A stretch of 32,000 nt of DNA from Caulobacteraceae bacterium (lineage in GTDB: Bacteria > Pseudomonadota > Alphaproteobacteria > Caulobacterales > Aquidulcibacteraceae). A program made the position numbers and the translations under genes. This document shows, piece by piece, positions 10,223-20,482 of the stretch. The DNA lies in the NCBI GenBank assembly GCA_965234525.1, contig OZ248515.1:1124032-1156031 (forward strand). Reading direction: 5' to 3'. The number at the start of each line of letters is the position of its first letter. The stretch's first letter is position 1. The notes below the pieces were generated by a model. That model made no database searches and had not been told where the DNA came from. It was given only the letters and a program-made list of their open reading frames with translations.

Positions 10223-11590
10223 TTACTGCCCTGAAGGGATTAGCGTGATGTCTGTTTGGCGACCATCGATGTAGCGCACGTGAGTCCCATCAAAGAATGC
10301 GTTCTCTTCAGCCCGAAAATCGACGCGCTGACCGTCCCATTCGGGCACTGCGGCGAAAGTTGTCAGCTCAATTGACCAAGCCGTATTCGCGGCAATCAAG
10401 CCGCTGCCGCGTGGATCAGCATTCTGATTATCCCAAAATCCGATTGAGGGGCCTGCGCCGTGACCATGCAAGCCAATTGGATGCGAGTAAATTGATGCAT
10501 CAAGACCGGCCGCCGCCGCTTCTGCCCGTGTAAGCGCCAGCACCTCGTTGCCACTGCGCCCAGTTGCGAAATTGCGGGTGAGCATATCTTGGACACGGTT
10601 GCTGTTTGCTAGCCCCTGCCTGAGGCCCGCGGGCGCTTTGCTCTCGCCCGGCTTCAAGACATAAGCGAGATGCTGCATGTCGGTATTCAGCCGCAGGTAT
10701 GTGATGCCAAAATCTGTCCATAACAAATCGCCGGGCTGGATCACTTCCTCGCCTTCGAGCATGCCTTTGGCACCCTTGCGCTGGATCCCGACGGACGGAT
10801 GAAACCACGGATCCAGGCCGAGTTGGAGCAGCCGGTCGCGATACCACCACTGCACCTGCTCTGCCGTCGTCACGCCCGGGGTGATGACCGACCGCGAAAA
10901 CGCTTCGCCAATCACCTTATGAGCCATTCGCATGAGTGTCGGGTAGATCTCCATTTCTGCGGGCGTGCGCGTTTCAAGCCAACGGATGGCGAGCGCTTCG
11001 CCACTGACGATCCGCGCCTGCAAAGGAGCAGGCAAAGCGGCAACAAACTTCTGATACTGACTGAGCGTCATACCATCGGCGAACTGATAAAGATCGGAGG
11101 TGTTGATCGCAATTTTTCCGGGATTACGCTGCGCGATTATGTCTGCGACCGCCTTCCACTGATCCGGCTGCTTACTCGGATCCCAAGCTGGCGCGAACAA
11201 GCCGCCAAGCCCATAGCGGCTGACGGTTAGGCGCTCGATCGGCTTCCCATTACCTGGGTCGTAGAAGATCAAAATTGTACGCCGGCGTGCATGCATGTTT
11301 TCCGCATCCAGCATCGATGCAACCACCGGCTCTTCAAAATATTCACGGGCCACCAGCAGCCATAAATCGATGCGCTGTTCGCGCATGATCGCGGGGATGA
11401 TGGTGTCAAGCCGCTCCGCCAAAATGCGGTTCTCCGTTTTCGCTCGCTCGCGCGCGCTTTGGATCGGGGGCAGCGCGGGTGAGTGTTCGCCAGCCTGGCT
11501 TATCGTTACGGGCGCTGGTGCAGCGGCGACAGGAAGCGCAATAAGTGCCGCAAACAGCGCCACCCCAAAAACCCTATTTGTTGCCATCAT
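10223..11590 (-). CDS. Exported M24-family metallopeptidase (Xaa-Pro peptidase-like)
   Basis: Signal peptide MMATNRVFGVALFAALIALPVAAA, ITPGVTTAEQVQWWYRDRLLQLGLDPWFHPSVGIQRKG, GDLLWTDFGITYLRLNTDMQHLAYVL, HPIGLHGHGAGPSIGFWD. Confidence 0.85.
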   Translation of the reverse strand: MMATNRVFGVALFAALIALPVAAAPAPVTISQAGEHSPALPPIQSARERAKTENRILAERLDTIIPAIMREQRIDLWLLVAREYFEEPVVASMLDAENMHARRRTILIFYDPGNGKPIERLTVSRYGLGGLFAPAWDPSKQPDQWKAVADIIAQRNPGKIAINTSDLYQFADGMTLSQYQKFVAALPAPLQARIVSGEALAIRWLETRTPAEMEIYPTLMRMAHKVIGEAFSRSVITPGVTTAEQVQWWYRDRLLQLGLDPWFHPSVGIQRKGAKGMLEGEEVIQPGDLLWTDFGITYLRLNTDMQHLAYVLKPGESKAPAGLRQGLANSNRVQDMLTRNFATGRSGNEVLALTRAEAAAAGLDASIYSHPIGLHGHGAGPSIGFWDNQNADPRGSGLIAANTAWSIELTTFAAVPEWDGQRVDFRAEENAFFDGTHVRYIDGRQTDITLIPSGQ

Positions 11591-11732
11591 GCCCTCCCGA
11601 ACCAAGTGTGTCGACGCTACCCGATCGCGGCGCAAGCATCAAATCCCAGCCTTAACGAACATCGGCCAACGCTAACACCCTAAGCAAACCGGAGGACATT
11701 GCTTTGAGGCTTTGGTTTCTTCTCGATCGAGC

Positions 11733-11765
11733 CGGTCATTGAGTGAGCACGTGCGGGAATGACCG
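11733..11765. repeat. Inverted repeat with nested 8-bp palindrome in an intergenic region
   Basis: CGGTCATT-gagtgaGCACGTGCggg-AATGACCG: perfect 8-bp arms at 11733-11740 and 11758-11765, palindrome GCACGTGC at 11747-11754. Confidence 0.6.
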
Positions 11766-11850
11766 AAACACGTCGGAACAGCCTTTGAACAATTACCTTA
11801 CCGTCAGCCAGTCTGCGATTTAAACGCCACAGAGTTAGACGCTGAAGACG

Positions 11851-12258
11851 CTAATCATTATCGGCCAAGATTTTGATGAGTTCGATCACTTTTTTGCGTT
11901 GGGCGCTGGATTTTAAGCGGGCGTAATCGGCCAAAAGCTCTAACGCGCCGGGGGCCGACAATAGACTTGCGGTTGAAAGAGTTTCAGTTTCGTTTTGCGT
12001 TTCGGAAACACCTGGCCCTAGGGCCACGTTCAGACCATCAAAAAAAAACGATGGATCAACGCTTAAGAGGCCACATAATTGGAACAAGCGACTGGCTCCG
12101 ACACGGTTCAGCCCGCGCTCGTACTTTTGAACTTGTTGAAATGATAAGCCCAGCAATTCGGCTAAGCGTTCTTGGCTGATGCCCAAATCTTCGCGCCGCT
12201 GTTTCAAGCGACAGCCAACATAAGCATCAACAGAAGTAGATCGACGGTGATTGATCAT
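11851..12258 (-). CDS. XRE-family helix-turn-helix transcriptional regulator
   Basis: VGCRLKQRREDLGISQERLAELLGLSFQQVQKYERGLNRVGASRLFQLCGLLSV; start chosen at MINHRRSTS. Confidence 0.88.
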   Translation of the reverse strand: MINHRRSTSVDAYVGCRLKQRREDLGISQERLAELLGLSFQQVQKYERGLNRVGASRLFQLCGLLSVDPSFFFDGLNVALGPGVSETQNETETLSTASLLSAPGALELLADYARLKSSAQRKKVIELIKILADND

Positions 12259-12306
12259 AAAACCTAGCCTTGGTATTGCCACTATTTCAATGAAGAGTTG
12301 ATTGTG

Positions 12307-13920
12307 TCAATGCCGCTTGTGTCGCCAAACCGCCATTAAGCTAAAGCCAAGTATCAAAAACCCAAACTTAAGCTCCCCAAACCGAGCATAAAGTGTCGGG
12401 CCAGCCGTAGACGGCAAACGAGCAGTTGCATAGCCGGCACCTGCGCGATGCTCTGAGACGGGGCGACCAAGCCGGTCTACGATAGCCGACCACCCCCCGC
12501 TGGCCGAGCGCACGAGAGGCAAGCCAGTCTCGATAGCCCGATAGCGCGCTTGTGCATAATGCTGGTCTGGACCCAATAGGTCGCCATACCAGGCGTCAAT
12601 CGACACATTTAAAATCCATGCGGCTTTGCCAGTCGCCTGCTTATTAAAGCTTGGGAACACAATCTCATAGCAGATACGGGCATCAGCCAAAGGCGCTTTG
12701 GGAAGGCTTAAGGTCGTGGGCTCAGGGCCCGGCGACATCTCGCCATCATAGGAAACCAAACTAGCAATGCCGAGGGCCTTGAAGAGCGGACGCAGCGGCA
12801 GATACTCGCCAAATGGCACCAGATGATGCTTGTCATAGACCGAACGGGTAGTCAGACCACCCTGCTCGACGTCAAAAACCAAAAGGCTATTGGTATAGAC
12901 TGGCTGCCCGGCCAGAAGGTCCCGTCGGATTGAACCGACCGCCAATGTACGCGCGCCCAGACGGGCTTGGATCTGATCTAGGACAAAGGACTCTTCCAGA
13001 AGAAGGAATGGAAATGCCCCCTCGGGCCAAACAACAATATCGGCCTTTTGCGCCTCTGGCGTTTCCAATAGGCCCAGATAGGTTTCCACGATCTCGATGG
13101 TGTTGGCCGGGTCCCATACATCTTTTTGGCTAAAGCCTGCTTGCCCCGCCGCGATGATAGGGCCGTTCCCGGCCATCTGGCTAATTGGCCCGGCTGCACG
13201 TAACTGGAAAAAGCCATAAGCAAAGCTAGCACATGCGAGAATACCCGCCGCAATCAGGGTCATTGGTGGTTTACGCGGCTCGCCCTTTACCAAAAGAACC
13301 ACTGGGGTGGCCAAGACCCATAGGGTCAAAAATGATAGGCCGTATGGGCCGATCAAACCTGCAACCTGACTAATCGCCTCACCCGGCTTCCAGATATAGG
13401 CGGGCAAGTTCCACGGCAGCCCCGTAAACAAATGGCTGCGGACAAACTCACTGACGCCAAAGCAAACCGCAAACGTCATGAGACGCGCAGCGCCTGCGCC
13501 CCAAATGAACATCGCGGCTAAGCCTGCTAAGCCCCAATAAACCCCCATCGCCGCGGGCAGGGCTGTAACCGCAAACGGCATTAGAATGGCGAACTTCTCT
13601 GCATCCACCAAAAACGCATTGCCGACCCAAAACATCCCAGCCAGAAAATAGCCAAACCCCCAAGACCAGCTACGCCAGAAGGCGGAGCGTAAGCGGTTTT
13701 TGTTCTGATACGCCCCATCCAATAAGATGACGAGACCGCAGATCGAAACCGCAAAAGCTGGCCAAAAATGGAACGGCGCATGACCCAGTACGGCGAGCGC
13801 GCCCAACAACATCGCGCACAAGCCCGACAACCAAGCAGGCTTATTTGGCCCCAAGATGGCTATGGGATGACGGATCTCGGGTTCAGCCGCTTGGGGCAGA
13901 GTTCCTGCGGCCTCTGTCAC
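12307..13920 (-). CDS. lnt: Apolipoprotein N-acyltransferase
   Basis: Multi-TM N-terminus, nitrilase-like domain VVWPEGAFPF, YDKHHLVPFGEYLPLR, DARICYEIVFP. Confidence 0.95.
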   Translation of the reverse strand: MTEAAGTLPQAAEPEIRHPIAILGPNKPAWLSGLCAMLLGALAVLGHAPFHFWPAFAVSICGLVILLDGAYQNKNRLRSAFWRSWSWGFGYFLAGMFWVGNAFLVDAEKFAILMPFAVTALPAAMGVYWGLAGLAAMFIWGAGAARLMTFAVCFGVSEFVRSHLFTGLPWNLPAYIWKPGEAISQVAGLIGPYGLSFLTLWVLATPVVLLVKGEPRKPPMTLIAAGILACASFAYGFFQLRAAGPISQMAGNGPIIAAGQAGFSQKDVWDPANTIEIVETYLGLLETPEAQKADIVVWPEGAFPFLLLEESFVLDQIQARLGARTLAVGSIRRDLLAGQPVYTNSLLVFDVEQGGLTTRSVYDKHHLVPFGEYLPLRPLFKALGIASLVSYDGEMSPGPEPTTLSLPKAPLADARICYEIVFPSFNKQATGKAAWILNVSIDAWYGDLLGPDQHYAQARYRAIETGLPLVRSASGGWSAIVDRLGRPVSEHRAGAGYATARLPSTAGPTLYARFGELKFGFLILGFSLMAVWRHKRH

Positions 13921-14849
13921 GCAGAGGGTACCTGCAAACTATCGGTATTAGCCTTTTCGACTGCCTTCGCAGAACGGATACGCACCCGCTTGATCCGCCG
14001 CGGGTCTGCGTCAATCACTTCAAAATCATAGCCGGTTGGGTGATGAAGAATTTCGCCCCGCGGAGGCACCCGACCTGCGAGCGCGAAGACCAAACCGCCA
14101 AGCGTGTCGATATCATCTTCCATATCTTCCAGCGTCAGATCGACCCCAGCGCGCTCTGAAAAATCATCCAATTCCACCCGTGCATCGGCTTCCCAAACGC
14201 CATTGCCGGTATCGACGATTAAATCTTGGTCGAGATCGTCATGCTCATCATCAATATCGCCGATGATTTCTTCAACGAGATCTTCAATGGTCACAAGTCC
14301 ATCTGTGCCGCCATATTCGTCTATCACCAATGCCATGTGACACCGCTTCGCGCGCATTTGAAGCAACAAGTTCGGAAGCTTCATAGAGATGGGCACATAG
14401 AGCAAATCGCGCTTAAGCCGACCCAACACAAGATCATCCAATTTAGCTTTGGTCTCGCCTTGCTCATCCGGGATCAACAGCGACAGAATGTCTTTAACAT
14501 GGACAAACCCCAAAGGTGTATCGAGGTTTTCGGCGTAAACTGGCATGCGTGAATGCTGATGCTCTTCAAACATGCGGGCGACTTCACCCAGCGGCATTTC
14601 GATGTCGACGGCCGTAATGTCCGCGCGAGGCACCATCACATCGCGCACAGACAAGCGGTCAAAGCTGGCTGCTTTGACGATCATGTCCTTTTGATTGCGC
14701 TCAATGGTTTCGCCCGATTGCTCGCGCTCACGCAGAAGCTCTGCGGGGTCTAGGCCGGCATAATCATTCTGGCGACGCAATTTCTGCGTCCATCGCTTCC
14801 AAAAGCTAGGTTTCTTGGCTGAGTTACTACTGGATGGGTCGTCAGTCAT
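13917..14849 (-). CDS. CorC/HlyC/TlyC-family CBS-pair protein
   Basis: [60 protein letters not shown] plus CorC_HlyC tail; start chosen at MTDDPSSS. The ORF extends to 14870. Confidence 0.93.
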   Translation of the reverse strand: MTDDPSSSNSAKKPSFWKRWTQKLRRQNDYAGLDPAELLREREQSGETIERNQKDMIVKAASFDRLSVRDVMVPRADITAVDIEMPLGEVARMFEEHQHSRMPVYAENLDTPLGFVHVKDILSLLIPDEQGETKAKLDDLVLGRLKRDLLYVPISMKLPNLLLQMRAKRCHMALVIDEYGGTDGLVTIEDLVEEIIGDIDDEHDDLDQDLIVDTGNGVWEADARVELDDFSERAGVDLTLEDMEDDIDTLGGLVFALAGRVPPRGEILHHPTGYDFEVIDADPRRIKRVRIRSAKAVEKANTDSLQVPSA

Positions 14850-16338
14850 GGGTGTGATAAGGATCAGCAATGCCGAGGCTTGCCAATATCTCTCTCTCTA
14901 AGCCTTCCATCTCCGCCGCGTCATCTTCGGCTTCATGATCATATCCTAAAAGATGTAATAGCCCATGCACAAGTAGATGGGTAGCGTGATCTTTAAGATT
15001 CTTGCCTTGCTCTTGAGCCTCACGGGCACAGGTTTCATAGGCGAGGGCAACATCACCCAATGTCTTCTCCAACGCATGCACTGTCTCAGGTGCCGGAAAA
15101 GACAGGACATTTGTCGGCTGATCCTTATGCCGCCACTGGGCATTCAAACCTTGAACCACCGCGTCGCTGGTCATGAGCAACGCAAAGCTGTCTCCCGCTG
15201 GATCAAAATAACGTGAGACGACTTTCACAATCTTGCCGACTTCCGCTTCGGAATCAGGGCCAAACACCCCATGCCATCCTTCGATTTCAATTTGGACATC
15301 AACGTCAAAAGAAGCAGATTCCTCAGCCATCACGGGCTCTGGCGTTACCGGTGGCGAAGTCGGTGCGGGTGTCACATCTGCCACTTCGCGCTCATAGGCC
15401 GAAACAATCCGCCCGACGAGTGGGTGGCGAACCACGTCTTCGGCTGTGAAATGGACGATCTTCATCCCTTCTACACGTCGCAAAATGCGCAAGGCGTGGG
15501 GCAGACCGGAATCGCTGGAGCGCGGCAAATCAATCTGACTTGGGTCGCCATTGACGGCCATGCGCGAGCCCTCACCTAGGCGAGTCAGCAGCATTTTCAT
15601 CTGCATGCGCGTGGTATTTTGCGCTTCGTCCACGATGACAAAAGCATCAGACAAGGTGCGCCCGCGCATGAACGCTAAGGGTGCGACTTCAATTTCACCG
15701 GCTGCTTTTCGGCGCTCTAATTGGGCGGCACCCAGTAAAGTTTTGAAAGCATCCCAAATTGGTTGCAGATAGGGATCGACCTTTTCTTCAAGGTCGCCAG
15801 GCAGAAAGCCCAATCGTTCGCCGGCTTCCACCGCGGGGCGGGTGACGACGACGCGCGAAACGCGGCCCTCCAGCAACATCGAGACGGCGACGGCCACTGC
15901 TAGAAAAGTCTTGCCGGTCCCGGCAGGTCCAACGCCAAAAACCAAATCAAACTCACCACCCATCAGCGCATCTAGATAGACAGACTGGGTTGGGGTTCTA
16001 GGTTTGATGTCAGCGCGACGACCCGGTAAAGCCAACGCCCCGCTACGCGCACGCGACCCGGCGCGCACAAATGTAATGGCAGAGCGAACCTCAGGCAGCC
16101 CTAACGCCATCCCCGCTGCCGCCTTTTCAATCAAAGACTGCAAGGCCTCGCGTGCCTGATTAACAGACACGGGATCATCGCCATGGACAAGAATATCACC
16201 ACCTTGAGCCGTGACATCAACGCCAAATGCATCTTCGACCAAGGTCAGATTGCGATGGGCGGGCCCGGCCACCACAGGCACTAAGCTTGGGTTGGAGAGC
16301 GCGACGCGGCCCTCTTCAGACTTGCGACGACGCGTCAC
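14842..16338 (-). CDS. Fused PhoH-like NTPase and YbeY endoribonuclease in one reading frame (about 498 aa, GTG start)
   Basis: N-terminal PhoH core ([73 protein letters not shown]) continues without a stop into YbeY ([46 protein letters not shown]). The GTG at 16338 overlaps the miaB stop (GTGA). Confidence 0.9.
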   Translation of the reverse strand: MTRRRKSEEGRVALSNPSLVPVVAGPAHRNLTLVEDAFGVDVTAQGGDILVHGDDPVSVNQAREALQSLIEKAAAGMALGLPEVRSAITFVRAGSRARSGALALPGRRADIKPRTPTQSVYLDALMGGEFDLVFGVGPAGTGKTFLAVAVAVSMLLEGRVSRVVVTRPAVEAGERLGFLPGDLEEKVDPYLQPIWDAFKTLLGAAQLERRKAAGEIEVAPLAFMRGRTLSDAFVIVDEAQNTTRMQMKMLLTRLGEGSRMAVNGDPSQIDLPRSSDSGLPHALRILRRVEGMKIVHFTAEDVVRHPLVGRIVSAYEREVADVTPAPTSPPVTPEPVMAEESASFDVDVQIEIEGWHGVFGPDSEAEVGKIVKVVSRYFDPAGDSFALLMTSDAVVQGLNAQWRHKDQPTNVLSFPAPETVHALEKTLGDVALAYETCAREAQEQGKNLKDHATHLLVHGLLHLLGYDHEAEDDAAEMEGLEREILASLGIADPYHTHD

Positions 16339-17762
16339 GAAGCTGACACCAATTCCCCAGTGAGGGAATTCGGCATAGTGCCAATGATGCGTACGCTGTG
16401 AAGCTGGCCAATCAATTGCTCTGGCCCCGCAACATGGACGGACTGCAACCACGGCGACCGGCCGAGGATCTGGCCTTCATTGCGGCCTTTTCCCGTAAAG
16501 AGCACGTCAAACGTCTCCCCGACTTTGGCGGCATTGAAGGCGCGCTGCTGCTCAAGGATCAAAGCCTGCAAGCGTTGCAAACGATCATCGGCCACGTCGG
16601 AGGCGACTTGGCCATACATTTCCGAGGCAGGTGTGCCGGGGCGTTTAGAATATTTGAAGCTATAGGCACCCGCATAACCAACAGCGCGAACCAACTCCAT
16701 CGTATCTTCAAAGTCTTGCTCGGTCTCACCTGGGAAACCCACAATGAAATCAGAGGCCAAAGCAATATCGGGACGGGCTTTACGCACCTTCGCGATACTA
16801 TCGAGATAGCTCTCCACGCTGTGCTTCCGGTTCATAGCTTTCAGGATTTTGTTGGAGCCAGACTGCACGGGCAAATGCAGATAGGGCATCAATTCTTTCA
16901 CCTCGCCATGGGCCTCGATCAAGTCATCATCCATGTCACAGGGGTGAGATGTCGTATAACGGATCCGTTCGATCCCGCCGATTTTGGCTAAATGGCGAAC
17001 CAATTGTGCCAAGGACCATGTTTCAGAGCCTGCCAGCGCTGGACCTTGGCCGTGATAGGCGTTGACGTTCTGGCCCAAAAGCGTGATTTCGCGCACACCC
17101 TGTTGGGCAAGGCCGCGTGCTTCTTGAATAATGGGGTCCACTGGCCGCGAATATTCCGCCCCGCGCGTATAGGGCACCACACAGAACGTGCAGAACTTAT
17201 CGCACCCTTCTTGCACAGACAAAAAGGCCGATGGCCCGTCGGGTGTACGCAGGGTAGGCAGCGCATCAAATTTTTCTACCGCCTCAAAGCTCGTCTCAAG
17301 GCGCTCGCCAGTGGCGCGGGCTGCCCGCGCAATGAGCTCAGGTAGTTTGTGGTAGGCTTGCGGGCCAACCACCAAATCGACAGCCGGTGCACGACGCATG
17401 ATTTCTTCGCCTTCGGCTTGGGCAACACAGCCTGCAATAGCGATTGTCATTTTGTTGCCATTCAGCGCCATCTCATCCTTGTGCGCTTTCAAGCGTCCGA
17501 TTTCGGAATAGACTTTTTCAGTCGCCTTCTCGCGAATGTGGCAGGTATTGAGCACAACAAGGTTCGCATGATCGGGCTTATCAACCGAGCTATAACCCAG
17601 AGGCCGCAAGACATCGGCCATGCGTTCACTGTCATAGACATTCATCTGACAGCCATAAGTCTGAATAAACAGGGTTTTGCCGGCTACGGCATCGCCCGTT
17701 TGCACAGGTGTCAGTCGATCCATCAGATCGTCTTTGTGGGATGTTGCGGCGTCTTCATGCAT
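16335..17762 (-). CDS. miaB: tRNA-2-methylthio-N6-dimethylallyladenosine synthase
   Basis: [37 protein letters not shown] radical-SAM cluster, [18 protein letters not shown]. Confidence 0.96.
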   Translation of the reverse strand: MHEDAATSHKDDLMDRLTPVQTGDAVAGKTLFIQTYGCQMNVYDSERMADVLRPLGYSSVDKPDHANLVVLNTCHIREKATEKVYSEIGRLKAHKDEMALNGNKMTIAIAGCVAQAEGEEIMRRAPAVDLVVGPQAYHKLPELIARAARATGERLETSFEAVEKFDALPTLRTPDGPSAFLSVQEGCDKFCTFCVVPYTRGAEYSRPVDPIIQEARGLAQQGVREITLLGQNVNAYHGQGPALAGSETWSLAQLVRHLAKIGGIERIRYTTSHPCDMDDDLIEAHGEVKELMPYLHLPVQSGSNKILKAMNRKHSVESYLDSIAKVRKARPDIALASDFIVGFPGETEQDFEDTMELVRAVGYAGAYSFKYSKRPGTPASEMYGQVASDVADDRLQRLQALILEQQRAFNAAKVGETFDVLFTGKGRNEGQILGRSPWLQSVHVAGPEQLIGQLHSVRIIGTMPNSLTGELVSAS

Positions 17763-17840
17763 GAAGCCAGCCTAAAACGCCAAACGCGGCGAATACGCAA
17801 GAGCATTCAAGCAACACTTTGCCTGAGAATCCAGATGATA

Positions 17841-18347
17841 TCAGGCGATGAAGGCCACAGCATCGCCCGGCTTGGCCTGCTTCAAAAGTTCGCGCAAGTC
17901 TGCTTCAGCCAAGGCCACACAGCCTTCCGTCGGCCGGTAGTCTTCTGACGCACAGTGCATGAAGATGGCGGATCCCATGGCGGGAACGACCGGATCATCA
18001 TTATGACCAAGGACCACGACAATATTGTAGAGCCCATCCTCGCGCCACAAATGTTCAGCGCTGGCCGGATAGGGGTGCGTGATCGGACGGTTATAATTGG
18101 GATCTTCGGCCGCATCACACCATCCATCGTGGGGTTGAATGGCCGTTGCCTCAAACCCAGACGCCGGCTTGGGCCCGCGATCTTCACGCCAGAGAATTGC
18201 GCGGATCGGCCACACCCCCAAAGGACTGGCCCCATCGCCTTCACGCTTCTCTTGGGCGGATTTAGCACCGCCCTTACCAATGGAACACCGCACTTTCGTC
18301 TGACCATAGGTCAACCAACCTGATGTTGATGCTGCAAAAACCTGCAT
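17841..18347 (-). CDS. L,D-transpeptidase (YkuD) family protein
   Basis: KVRCSIGKGG, GDGASPLGVWP, GHNDDPVVPAMGSAIFMHCASEDYRPTEGCVAL (HxxxxxxxxxxGCV-type active site). Confidence 0.85.
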   Translation of the reverse strand: MQVFAASTSGWLTYGQTKVRCSIGKGGAKSAQEKREGDGASPLGVWPIRAILWREDRGPKPASGFEATAIQPHDGWCDAAEDPNYNRPITHPYPASAEHLWREDGLYNIVVVLGHNDDPVVPAMGSAIFMHCASEDYRPTEGCVALAEADLRELLKQAKPGDAVAFIA

Positions 18348-18422
18348 AAAATCCCCCAGATCAAGACTCTGTGATGCAGCGCCCTCTTGTATCAGGCAAT
18401 AGGGTACAACCATGTAGAGCCC

Positions 18423-19109
18423 ATGTCACGCAAGCGCACCCTTCTTCTGGTTGATGACGACCATGATCTCCGCACCACCTTGGCCGAGCAATTCGAGCTA
18501 ACGGGGGAATTTGATACCGTTATGGCGCAAGATGCGGCCAGCGGCGTCGCCGCAGCCCGCACCAAGGGTCCTGACCTGATCCTGCTGGATATCGATTTGC
18601 CTGATCTGGACGGTCGCGAAGCCTGCAAAGCGATCCGCACCGGCGGGTTTGCTGGCCCAATCATCATGCTAACCGGCCAGTCCACTGATTCCGATACGGT
18701 TTTGGGCTTAGATGCTGGCGCTAATGACTATGTCACCAAACCGTTCCGTTTTGCTGTACTTTTGGCCCGTGTCCGTGCCCACTTGCGCAGCCATGATCAA
18801 ACCGATGTCGCAACGCTGAAAATTGGCCCCTACGACTTTAAGCCAGCGAACCGGACCTTGACCGATGCAAGTGGTAAGCGAATTCGATTGACGGACAAGG
18901 AAGCGGCCATTTTGCGCTATCTCTACCGATCTGGCGCTAAGGCTGTGCCGCGCGATGAATTGTTGCGTGAAGTCTGGGGCTATAATGCAGCAGTTACGAC
19001 CCACACGCTAGAAACCCACATCTACCGACTACGCCAAAAAATCGAGCCGGTTTCCAGCCGCAATGGCCTGTTGATCACCGAAGGCGGCGGCTATCGCTTA
19101 GAGCCCTAG
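18423..19109 (+). CDS. OmpR-family two-component response regulator
   Basis: Receiver domain LLVDDDHDLRTTL...DLILLDIDLPDLDG...KPFRFAVLLARV and winged-helix DNA-binding domain; start chosen at MSRKRT. Confidence 0.93.
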   Translation: MSRKRTLLLVDDDHDLRTTLAEQFELTGEFDTVMAQDAASGVAAARTKGPDLILLDIDLPDLDGREACKAIRTGGFAGPIIMLTGQSTDSDTVLGLDAGANDYVTKPFRFAVLLARVRAHLRSHDQTDVATLKIGPYDFKPANRTLTDASGKRIRLTDKEAAILRYLYRSGAKAVPRDELLREVWGYNAAVTTHTLETHIYRLRQKIEPVSSRNGLLITEGGGYRLEP

Positions 19110-19915
19110 CGCCATTCGTCGCGGCCGCCCTTTCGCTGCCGCGTCAGATTCATGTGATATTGAAAGCGTTCGGGGCGATAAAAGCCCTGAACGACTTCGA
19201 TTGGCGCGGACTCAGAATCCTTCATCACGCGCACGATTTTGAGCAGCGGCGATCCGGTTACGATCTTTAGAGCTTGCGCGGTTGCCGGCTCTGCACTGCA
19301 AGCCGTGATCCATTGTTCCGCTGAAACGGCCACAAAGCCCGCCCGCTCCAGCAAGTCCAACATCGGTGTGTGACCAAGTGAATTAGGGTCAAAGGTCGCA
19401 GCAATATCGATCGGCAAGTGGGTAACAATGTAAGAGAAGGGCTCTCCTTCCAGTTTACGGACGCGCTCTGCCCGCTGTACAGGAACACCACTGGGCAGGC
19501 CCAGCAATTCTGCGATCTCAGCGGTCGCCGCTACTTGCGCAACATTGATCAGCTCAACCTCTGTTGAAAGGCCCATCACTTTGAGCGCCTCCATCAGATT
19601 ATCAAAACTGCCCTTCACCACCGGCACGGTCGCATTATAAGTGACCACAGTCCCGCGGCCACGATGACGCGACACCATGCCAGCAGAAGCCAATTCGTTG
19701 AGCGCACGCTTTACCGTGATGCGGGAAACATTAAAGACATGCGTCAGATCTTGTTCGCCCGGCAGGACGGCTCCCAATGGAAACGCTCCTGAGCGTATGC
19801 GTTCACGTAAAACCAAGAACAACTGGTGATACAAAGGCGTTGGCAGCCTTGGATCCACCATGGTGGCCTTTAACTCTGAACTTGGTTTATGGGATGTAGG
19901 CAAGGTTGCGTCCAT
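19106..19915 (-). CDS. GntR-family (UTRA domain, HutC-like) transcriptional regulator
   Basis: PLYHQLFLVLRERIRSGAFPLGAVLPGEQDLTHVFNVSRITVKRALNELASAGMVSRHRGRGTVV plus C-terminal UTRA-like domain. Confidence 0.93.
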   Translation of the reverse strand: MDATLPTSHKPSSELKATMVDPRLPTPLYHQLFLVLRERIRSGAFPLGAVLPGEQDLTHVFNVSRITVKRALNELASAGMVSRHRGRGTVVTYNATVPVVKGSFDNLMEALKVMGLSTEVELINVAQVAATAEIAELLGLPSGVPVQRAERVRKLEGEPFSYIVTHLPIDIAATFDPNSLGHTPMLDLLERAGFVAVSAEQWITACSAEPATAQALKIVTGSPLLKIVRVMKDSESAPIEVVQGFYRPERFQYHMNLTRQRKGGRDEWR

Positions 19916-19986
19916 ACAGAAAAATTAGTGTGCCAATCGAAGACTAAAGAGCCTCACTCCGACAGTCTATCGAAGTAAACTTAATC

Positions 19987-20364
19987 TCAACCACCGTTGG
20001 CACGCTCTCGAACAGAGTCAAGACTTCCCCAAATCTTGCCTCCTGGATAAAGCCCAATAGACATGGTCATGTCGTGTACTTCCACCGAAGCAAACATATC
20101 GCAAGTAAAGTAGGGATCGCCGCGCATAATGGCCCAAGCCGCCTCTACATCGTCGGCACACACAATCAAGCAAGACCCGTGAATTTTCGAACTACCCGGT
20201 TCTTTTAGAGGCCCAGCTGTTACGTAAGATGTCCAATGGGCTTCGACATGGGCGAGATGACCTTCCAAATGTTCCAGCCTCTTTTCAGGAGCGCTTGGAC
20301 CGTCTTTGCACACAAATAGGAACGTCGGTTGACTTTGACGGGGTATCGTTGGTGGATTGGACAT
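19987..20364 (-). CDS. YciI-family protein
   Basis: FLFVCKDGPSAPEKRLEHLEGHLAHVEAHWTSYVTAGPLKEPGSSKIHGSCLIV...AWAIMRGDPYF; start chosen at MSNPPT. Confidence 0.8.
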   Translation of the reverse strand: MSNPPTIPRQSQPTFLFVCKDGPSAPEKRLEHLEGHLAHVEAHWTSYVTAGPLKEPGSSKIHGSCLIVCADDVEAAWAIMRGDPYFTCDMFASVEVHDMTMSIGLYPGGKIWGSLDSVRERANGG

Positions 20365-20482
20365 ATGGGACTCCCTGATCCTTGGTTTATCCACTCTAGG
20401 GGTGAGTCATTGCCTTGCCAATGTTGAAACGTTATTTGATATAAAGATAGATCATTTCTCGAAGTTGGATGCACGGCCCAGC

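Noticed and set aside
14842-16338. PhoH-YbeY fusion as a sequencing frameshift artefact
   Set aside because: No frame change is seen and the linker is cleanly in frame with compositionally plausible residues. It still needs read-level confirmation.
20387-20395. TTATCCACT, DnaA-box-like sequence upstream of the LeuC-like gene
   Set aside because: Single isolated near-match with no cluster or other origin features. Chance occurrence is expected in 32 kb.
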